DNA of 34,113 nucleotides from the sequence record SRR20825006_430. One strand, 5' to 3'. The notes under the pieces were generated by a model, which saw only the letters and a list, made by a program, of their open reading frames with translations, was not told where the DNA came from and ran no database searches. The position numbers were made by a program, and so were the translations under genes. Every line of letters begins with the position of its first letter. Within the stretch, counting starts at the first letter, position 1. This document shows, in pieces, positions 17,301 to 23,032 of the stretch.

Positions 17301-17670
17301 TTGGGCAGGTCGCCGCTATCGCGAAGCGGGTGAGTTGATTGAGCGTATTTATGCTGACCAGTACACGGATGCGGGGTCATTGCCGACAAGTGTGCGCAAT
17401 GATTTGGTGAAGGCAGCTGTGGCCTATACGCTGGGCAATGATGAGATTGGACTGACACGGTTGCGGGCAAAGTTCTCCGGTCGCATGTCGTCCACGCCAG
17501 AGTGGCCAGTGTTTGAATTCGTGACCAGCAAAACCGCGTTTGGCACGAAGGAGTTTAAAGCATTGGCAAAAGAGATTGCAGATGTGGATTCGCTCAACTC
17601 ATTCCTTGCGGCGTATAAAGAGCGCTATGGCACGGAAGGCGCGTTGGCGCCGGATCAGGATGTGCTTTAA
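14314..17670 (+). CDS. Large periplasmic TPR protein with repeated N-terminal beta-domains (MotK/PflA-like motor accessory protein, inferred)
   Basis: Signal peptide ending AMA-Q, three similar beta-rich units, and a helical TPR-like C-terminal half (ARVELARYYLAN..., IRNLARRLVRVDLLDQAAELL). It follows motE. The start is uncertain (14287/14314/14332). Confidence 0.8.
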   Translation: MVLFKAMQKALCQALVASTLAGGIAASILPPAAMAQNQQESQRLEVVAQGQPGYGRIILKFVDRLNLPSYSISTNGGVMSIEFSQPINVQLPDVTEQLGDYVAVARVDPDFKGIRFGLKQDYRINRIEAGERLFIDFIPRDWQGLDPSLPEDVVAELALRAEQAAKLAEQRRKERIARETKPSAILRVGRHPTFTRVKFEWTIDTEGSWERTAEGGVLKFEWPVDVDLYPIQSELPEEIESVEKEITRDGLQVSFKLTDKVEPRFFKENNRNYTLDLDFSTREDVGVPITDIAPEQVAEEIADNERVTTTQDEIDPLLRKTPTLSRQTRITPFVNKIGGTVRLIFPFEQDTPAAVFKRGDTVWMVFDTHVAIDPPADTDLLGGITQDIKVDTAGETQIVQMTMNADRLATLGSEGRSWVLSLGDILIAPTEPMSLTQQRQSDGRTVLVADLLRPGRVHQLRDPNVGDLLQVVTAYPPSRAIVRDLEYVDFKALRAVHGLVIKPYHSEVILQIEGSEVVIDAEEKLMLSSATDVNREVLVDAGDRIGYIDLSALETVRPDNFIEKREEIQVRAAEAEGNAKESARVELARYYLANRLTHEALGVLRVWEKDTKRPQLLEEGKMVQAAANVLAGRHDDALEILLEDEFVDEPDAVMWRTIARANRGEYDIARNDALLAEQAVEAYPTWIANEFYFAAARSAVEMGDSAAAIRYLGGIDFSSLDKENLSRYDLLAGRVDEVDQRYADALETYGSVLNMDIRPTYAEAVYRTLLVLEKQGNIDLDKAVQTLSIQSLTWRGGELGANIQELYGRLQFKNHDYRGGFETLERMQVVHQDTPQETRHFELSKQIFEDLFLNGEADRLEPVRALGLYYDFRKLTPAGAKGDEMIRNLARRLVRVDLLDQAAELLDYQIDNRLEGVARAKIAADLAVIHIANRRADLALKALYKTRLANLVPQLERQRRILEAKALIDAGRDELAVDILRNIEGFDARLLEVDAHWAGRRYREAGELIERIYADQYTDAGSLPTSVRNDLVKAAVAYTLGNDEIGLTRLRAKFSGRMSSTPEWPVFEFVTSKTAFGTKEFKALAKEIADVDSLNSFLAAYKERYGTEGALAPDQDVL

Positions 17671-18509
17671 CCGAGATAACTTCGGATCAGTGAGCCTGCG
17701 ACCAGATTCCAGCCATCGACGAGCACGAAGAAAATCAGCTTAAACGGCAATGAGATCACGATAGGCGGCAGCATCATCATACCCATGGACATGAGCACCG
17801 AGGCGACCACCATGTCGATGACGATGAAGGGCACAAACAGCAAAAAGCCAATTTCAAATGCCCGACGCAATTCAGAAATCATGAAGGCTGGCACCAAAAT
17901 AGTGATGTCCAGTTCCTCGGGATTTTCTGGGATCGGCGTTTCCGTTAGGTCCAGAAACAGCTGTACATCTTTATCCCGCACATGCGCGCGCATAAATTCG
18001 TGCAATGGCGCCATGGCCTCTGGCAGCGCTTCTTCCAGCAACAAATCGCCAGCAACCAAAGGCGCGATGCCCTGATCGTAAGATTGTTGCAGGGTGGGGG
18101 CCATCACAAAGGCCGTGAGGAACAAGGCCAGCGAAATCATCACGGAGTTCGGCGGTGCCGTTTGCAGGCCGATGGCGGTACGCAGCAAAGACAAGACAAC
18201 GACAATGCGGGTGAATGAGGTGACCATCACCAGAATAGACGGGGCCAAGGACAGGATCGTGATGATCCCGATCAGTTGTACCGCGCGTTCAGTGAGCGTT
18301 GTTTGGTCTTCAAAGTCGATTGAAATGTCTTGGGCAAAGCTGGGGAACACAAACAAGGCCCCCAGCATCAAAATAACAAAGCAGAAGCTGAACGATTTTG
18401 CGCTAAACCAAGCGAAGGATTTAAGACGTTCAGCCGTAAATAATTGCGCTGGCGGTGTGCCAGCCAGCGCAGGGCGCAATTTAGTCTTGCTTGGCTTTGT
18501 CTTTTCCAT
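17667..18509 (-). CDS. fliP: Flagellar export gate protein FliP (start uncertain)
   Basis: LSLAPSILVMVTSFTRIVVVLSLLRTAIG, PAFMISELRRAFEIGF and LPFKLIFFVLVDGW. Confidence 0.97.
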   Translation of the reverse strand: MEKTKPSKTKLRPALAGTPPAQLFTAERLKSFAWFSAKSFSFCFVILMLGALFVFPSFAQDISIDFEDQTTLTERAVQLIGIITILSLAPSILVMVTSFTRIVVVLSLLRTAIGLQTAPPNSVMISLALFLTAFVMAPTLQQSYDQGIAPLVAGDLLLEEALPEAMAPLHEFMRAHVRDKDVQLFLDLTETPIPENPEELDITILVPAFMISELRRAFEIGFLLFVPFIVIDMVVASVLMSMGMMMLPPIVISLPFKLIFFVLVDGWNLVAGSLIRSYLG

Positions 18510-19257
18510 GTTCAGACGCTGAATCGGCTCCTTCATGCTCGCTTTTCGGAGCATCTTCATTCGCCAATTTAACTGAGTCGGCATTTGCGTCTTGGTTTTT
18601 GTTGTCTGAAACCAGGCTATCCACGTCTTTTTGCTTGTTGCCGCTCCGCAAAAGGCCGGGATATTTCAGCGTGTTTGTGCCTGCACTCGGGTTTGATTTG
18701 GCCAGCTCTTGCAGCTTTTCAATCGGGGCGAGGTTTGGCATTGGCGTCACGTTGCCGCCTTTGTTTTCGCTTGGCGGGTTAACCTGCGGTTCCATCCGAT
18801 CTTCCAGCGGGGAAACGGGTGTGGTGCGCGACGGGCCGCTGGGGCGCGGTTTAGCAACGATAGGGGCAGCTGGTTTTAGGCTCTCTTTTGGCTCCAATTG
18901 CGCCTTCATGGATTCACTTTCAGGCATTTCGGTTTTGGCTGCAGCTGGGCGTTGATCAACTTCATTAGGATTTTGAAAACCGCTTTCAATCACCACATCA
19001 TTTGGGCCGCCTATCATCACCAGATGTTCAACATCGTCGCGGCGCACGATCACCAATTGGCGCTTATTGTCTACCGGCGCAGATTGCAGCACGGCCAGGC
19101 GGCGCAATTTGCTGCGGCTGCCATCGCGGCTGGCGCGGAAGCCAATTTTGATCAGCCACACCACCAAAATGATGGCCAGAATTGTGATGAAAAGACCGCC
19201 AATAACAATGGCAATATTGCCCAAATCTTCACCCAAAAGTTCAGTTAAAAAACCCAT
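18481..19257 (-). CDS. fliO: FliO with a long low-complexity C-terminal tail
   Basis: TM segment followed by the FliO motif RLAVLQSAPVDNKRQLVIVRRDDVEHLVMIGGPNDVVIE. Confidence 0.9.
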   Translation of the reverse strand: MGFLTELLGEDLGNIAIVIGGLFITILAIILVVWLIKIGFRASRDGSRSKLRRLAVLQSAPVDNKRQLVIVRRDDVEHLVMIGGPNDVVIESGFQNPNEVDQRPAAAKTEMPESESMKAQLEPKESLKPAAPIVAKPRPSGPSRTTPVSPLEDRMEPQVNPPSENKGGNVTPMPNLAPIEKLQELAKSNPSAGTNTLKYPGLLRSGNKQKDVDSLVSDNKNQDANADSVKLANEDAPKSEHEGADSASEHGKDKAKQD

Positions 19258-19351
19258 TATAGCCTCTATGTTCGTCTTTATTGCTGTGTGGCATATGCGA
19301 CCTATCTGGTCAAAATGTGGTGATCGAATTTAAACACTCAAAAAATGATAT

Positions 19352-19479
19352 GGCAAAAACTGCCTAGTGCAAGCCTACATTCGGCGAATGACACATTTTG
19401 GCACGCTGATTGATGGCATTTATTGAAAATTGCAAAGATTATTAACGCAACGTTAACCATTTGCCCGGCAATATCTGCC
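19352..19479. promoter_or_regulatory. fliO/flgB divergent control region: a perfect CtrA box flanked by two ftr-like sites
   Basis: TTAA-CGCAACG-TTAAC (19442-19457), GGCA-AAAAC-TGCC (19352-19364) and GGCA-ATATC-TGCC (19467-19479). Confidence 0.8.
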
Positions 19480-19500
19480 TAGCACTAAGATGAGGTTAGT

Positions 19501-19905
19501 ATGTCGATTGCAAAGTTGCCTTTATTTGATGCGTTGACGCAGAAAATGAAGTGGCACCAAACGCGGCAAACATTGTTAGCAGAGAACATCGCCAACGCTG
19601 ATACACCAGATTATCGCGGGCGTGACCTGAAAAAGTTCGATTTTGCACAGCATCAGGCTGATTTGAAGATGACCAGCGTGTCGACGCGGGTGACGAATGT
19701 GAATCACTTTTCAGTGGTGGGGCAAGGCGCAGACGGATTCGGCGCGCGGCAAATGAACAATTTTGAAATTACGCCAGAAGGCAATGGTGTGGTGCTGGAA
19801 GATGAAATGATGAAAGTCTCCAGCAACCAGATGGACTATCAAGCGGCGACCGCCGTCTACAAACGCTCTTTGCGGTTGATCAGAACCGCATTGGGCAAGC
19901 AGTAA
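19501..19905 (+). CDS. flgB: Rod protein FlgB
   Basis: RQTLLAENIANADTPDYRGRDL and PEGNGVVLEDEMMK. Confidence 0.97.
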   Translation: MSIAKLPLFDALTQKMKWHQTRQTLLAENIANADTPDYRGRDLKKFDFAQHQADLKMTSVSTRVTNVNHFSVVGQGADGFGARQMNNFEITPEGNGVVLEDEMMKVSSNQMDYQAATAVYKRSLRLIRTALGKQ

Positions 19906-19921
19906 TTTGACGAGGTGAGTG

Positions 19922-20338
19922 ATGTCTTCTGATTTTATGAATTCGCTGAAAATTGCCGCAACTGGGCTGCACGCGCAGTCTGCGCGGATGCGGATTATCG
20001 CTGAAAACATGGCCAACTCCAGCTCAGCAGCGAAAGAGCCGGGGGCAGACCCATATCGGCGCAAAGTGCCAACATTTGAGGCGGTTTATAATAATGAATT
20101 GATGGCCAATGAAGTGAAGATTGGCCGCGTGGCTTATGACCAAAGTGATTTTCAATCACGCTATGAGCCTGGGCACCCGGCAGCGGATGATCGTGGCTAT
20201 GTGCTGTATCCAAATGTGAATAGCCTGGTGGAAACCATGGATATGCGGGAAGCCCAGCGCACATATGAAGCGAACTTGAATGTGGTGACCGTGACCCGGC
20301 AAATGCTGGGCGGCACATTGGACATTCTTCGCGGATAG
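19922..20338 (+). CDS. flgC: Rod protein FlgC
   Basis: IAATGLHAQSARMRIIAENMAN, YEPGHPAAD..GYV.YPNVN and AQRTYEANL. Confidence 0.97.
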   Translation: MSSDFMNSLKIAATGLHAQSARMRIIAENMANSSSAAKEPGADPYRRKVPTFEAVYNNELMANEVKIGRVAYDQSDFQSRYEPGHPAADDRGYVLYPNVNSLVETMDMREAQRTYEANLNVVTVTRQMLGGTLDILRG

Positions 20339-20408
20339 GGGAAGGGCTGAGCGGCGCAAAATTGGGGAATGGCGCGCCGCGATAGCCAACTAAAATTGGG
20401 GAATTTTT

Positions 20409-20729
20409 ATGAGCGTACCATTTGCAGCAGCGTCTAACGCTTATGCCAGTGCAGCCCAATTGGGCAACACGGGCCAGCAAAGTGCCCAACTGGCACCAAA
20501 AACACATGAGGGTCCAAACTTTGGCGAAATGCTGACGCAAAGCCTGACCGATGTGGTGGAAACAGGGCGTGTGGCCGACCAAAAGGCCATGGATCTTGTG
20601 AATGGCGAGTCAAACGTGGTTGATGTGGTGACCGCGATCTCCGAAACTGAAATTGCTATGGAAACAGTGGTGACGATTCGTGACCGGGTGATCACTGCTT
20701 ATGAATCAATCATGCAAATGCCAATCTAA
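20409..20729 (+). CDS. fliE: Hook-basal body protein FliE
   Basis: VVDVVTAISETEIAMETVVTIRDRVITAYESIMQMPI. Confidence 0.95.
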   Translation: MSVPFAAASNAYASAAQLGNTGQQSAQLAPKTHEGPNFGEMLTQSLTDVVETGRVADQKAMDLVNGESNVVDVVTAISETEIAMETVVTIRDRVITAYESIMQMPI

Positions 20730-20762
20730 GCTTGCTTAGGTGGCATGATTTAGGAGGCGTTG

Positions 20763-21029
20763 TTGACCGGCGCGCAAGTTCTAGACGTTGCACAAGACGG
20801 CATTTGGACGTTGATCTATGTATCGGCGCCACTGATGATTGTTGGCCTTGTGGTGGGCGTTGTGATTGCGCTGTTTCAGGCTTTGACGCAAATCCAAGAG
20901 ATGACGTTGGTGTTTGTGCCAAAAATCTTGGCGATCTTTATCACCATGCTGCTGCTGCTGCCGTTTATGGGCGCGCAAATGGCAGGCTATATGGATCGGG
21001 TGGTTGATTTGATCATCACTGGCGGTTAG
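20763..21029 (+). CDS. fliQ: Export protein FliQ (TTG start)
   Basis: FQALTQIQEMTLVFVPKI, with a GGAGG RBS at 20753-20757. Confidence 0.96.
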   Translation: MTGAQVLDVAQDGIWTLIYVSAPLMIVGLVVGVVIALFQALTQIQEMTLVFVPKILAIFITMLLLLPFMGAQMAGYMDRVVDLIITGG

Positions 21030-21033
21030 CGCC

Positions 21034-21807
21034 ATGAGCTTTAGCGTCAACTGGCTGCCCCAAACGGTTTTACTTTATTTCTTGATATTTGCGCGGCTGG
21101 GCACATTGATCATGCTGATGCCGGGCTTTTCCTCCAGCCGACTTTCGGTTCGGATGCGATTGGCGCTGGCGCTGACTTTTACATTTATCATGTACCCGCT
21201 AATCTCGCCGACTTATCCGCAGGGCAACTTGGCGTTTTACCCGATTATCGCCCTTTTGGCCTCTGAATTGGCGGTGGGGTTCGTGCTGGGGGGCACAGCA
21301 AGATTGTTGACCTCCGCAGCGCAAGTAGCTGGATCGACCATTGCGTTTCAAACCGGTTTGTCCTTTGCGCAAACATCTGACCCGACACAGGGCGGTTTGC
21401 AGGGGGCGATTTTTGGTAACTTCATCGCGGTGCTTGGCGTAACGCTGATCTTTTCGATGGATTTGCACCATTTGGTGTTGGCCGCGATTTATCGCAGCTA
21501 TGAGATATTTGCGCCCGGCGCACCGATTTTGTTGGAAGATGCAGGCACCATGGCGCTGAAAATTATTTCGTCCAGCTTTGTGGTTGGGGTGCAGATGGCC
21601 GCGCCCTTTATCGTTTTTGGCTTGGTGTTCTATTTCGGCTTAGGGCTTTTGGCCCGTTTGATGCCGCAATTGCAAGTGTTCTTTATCGCCATGCCTGCCA
21701 ATATTGGCCTTGGTTTGTTGATGTTTGCGCTGCTGCTGAGTGTGATGATGGCGCTCTATATCGAGCATCTTGAAGCCTATTTTGCAGCGCTTGTTGGAGT
21801 GAGATAA
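21034..21807 (+). CDS. fliR: Export protein FliR
   Basis: FLIFARLGTLIMLMPGF, AGSTIAFQTGLSFA and GLLARLMPQLQVFFIAMP. Confidence 0.96.
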   Translation: MSFSVNWLPQTVLLYFLIFARLGTLIMLMPGFSSSRLSVRMRLALALTFTFIMYPLISPTYPQGNLAFYPIIALLASELAVGFVLGGTARLLTSAAQVAGSTIAFQTGLSFAQTSDPTQGGLQGAIFGNFIAVLGVTLIFSMDLHHLVLAAIYRSYEIFAPGAPILLEDAGTMALKIISSSFVVGVQMAAPFIVFGLVFYFGLGLLARLMPQLQVFFIAMPANIGLGLLMFALLLSVMMALYIEHLEAYFAALVGVR

Positions 21808-22892
21808 TGGCTGACGAACCGGATAAGTCCGAGAAAACCGAGGACCCCTCCGAGAAAAAGCTGCAGGACGCACACAAACGAGGGGACGTGGCGAAAAGCC
21901 AGGAACTAACCACTTGGTTTATGATGCTGGGCACAGCCCTGATCTTCTCACTGATGGCCCCGATCACTGCTGGCACACTGACGCGTATGCTGAAAAATGT
22001 GATGGCCAATGCCGACCAATATGAGATTGGCGAATCTGGCTTTGCAGGCTTTTGGTATGAGCTGGCGGGTACTGTGCTGCTTGTCGCATTGGTGCCGTTG
22101 CTGATTTTGGCGGGCTTTGCCTTGGCGGCAAATCTGGTGCAACACCGACCCGTATGGTCGCTTGATCCGCTAAAGCCAAAATGGTCGAAAGTATCGCCGC
22201 TGAGCGGGGCAAAAAGGCTCTTCTCCAAAGACGCGTTGGTGAATTTTGCCAAAGGTCTCGCGAAGCTATCGATCGTGTCGATCATCATGTTTTTGGTGAT
22301 TTGGCCGGAGCGTGATCGGCTGGACACGTTGGTGACAGCTGACCCGGCAACACTGATGCTGACTTTTCAAGAATTGGGCATCAAAATCATATTGGCAACG
22401 CTGGCGGTTGTCACCGTGGTGGCGGGGCTCGATTTTATGTATCAGCGCAACAAATGGTTTGAAAAACAAAAGATGACCATCAAGGAAGTGCGCGACGAAT
22501 ATAAGCAAATGGAAGGTGACCCGAAGGTCAAAGCCAAGTTGCGGCAAATTCGGGCTGAGCGCGGGCGTCAACGCATGATGCAGAATATTCCCGATGCCAG
22601 CGTAATCATCACCAACCCGACCCACTATGCGGTGGCACTGAAATATGAGAAGGGCATGCCTGCGCCAATTTGCCTTGCCAAAGGCGTGGACAAGGTGGCG
22701 CTGAAAATTCGTGAAATTGCCACCGAAAACGATGTGCCGATTGTTGAAAACCCGCCATTGGCGCGGGCGCTGCATGCCAGTGTTGAAATTGAAGACCCCA
22801 TCCCCTCAGAGCACTTTAAAGCGGTGGCGGAAGTGATCGGATATGTGATGCGTTTGCGCCGCGTACGCTCTTGGAGCGCAAAAACGTCATAA
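21807..22892 (+). CDS. flhB: Export/substrate-switch protein FlhB
   Basis: EKTEDPSEKKL, EGDPKVKAKLR and the autocleavage motif NPTH. Confidence 0.98.
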   Translation: MADEPDKSEKTEDPSEKKLQDAHKRGDVAKSQELTTWFMMLGTALIFSLMAPITAGTLTRMLKNVMANADQYEIGESGFAGFWYELAGTVLLVALVPLLILAGFALAANLVQHRPVWSLDPLKPKWSKVSPLSGAKRLFSKDALVNFAKGLAKLSIVSIIMFLVIWPERDRLDTLVTADPATLMLTFQELGIKIILATLAVVTVVAGLDFMYQRNKWFEKQKMTIKEVRDEYKQMEGDPKVKAKLRQIRAERGRQRMMQNIPDASVIITNPTHYAVALKYEKGMPAPICLAKGVDKVALKIREIATENDVPIVENPPLARALHASVEIEDPIPSEHFKAVAEVIGYVMRLRRVRSWSAKTS

Positions 22893-23032
22893 ATTTGCAT
22901 CTCACCGGGCAAAAAGCCAAATAATTCCCCTCATTCACTTGTGGTTGGACGCAATTGGCGCAAAGATTTATGAAGGGTTAATTTTGGTGATTCTCAACGC
23001 CAAATTTAGAGTAGTGTGAGAGGGCATAGACT

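Noticed and set aside
19399-19414. sigma54-like TGGCAC-GCTGA-TTGAT upstream of flgB
   Set aside because: It lacks the conserved GC at -12, and a perfect CtrA box closer to flgB explains the promoter better. It could be vestigial.
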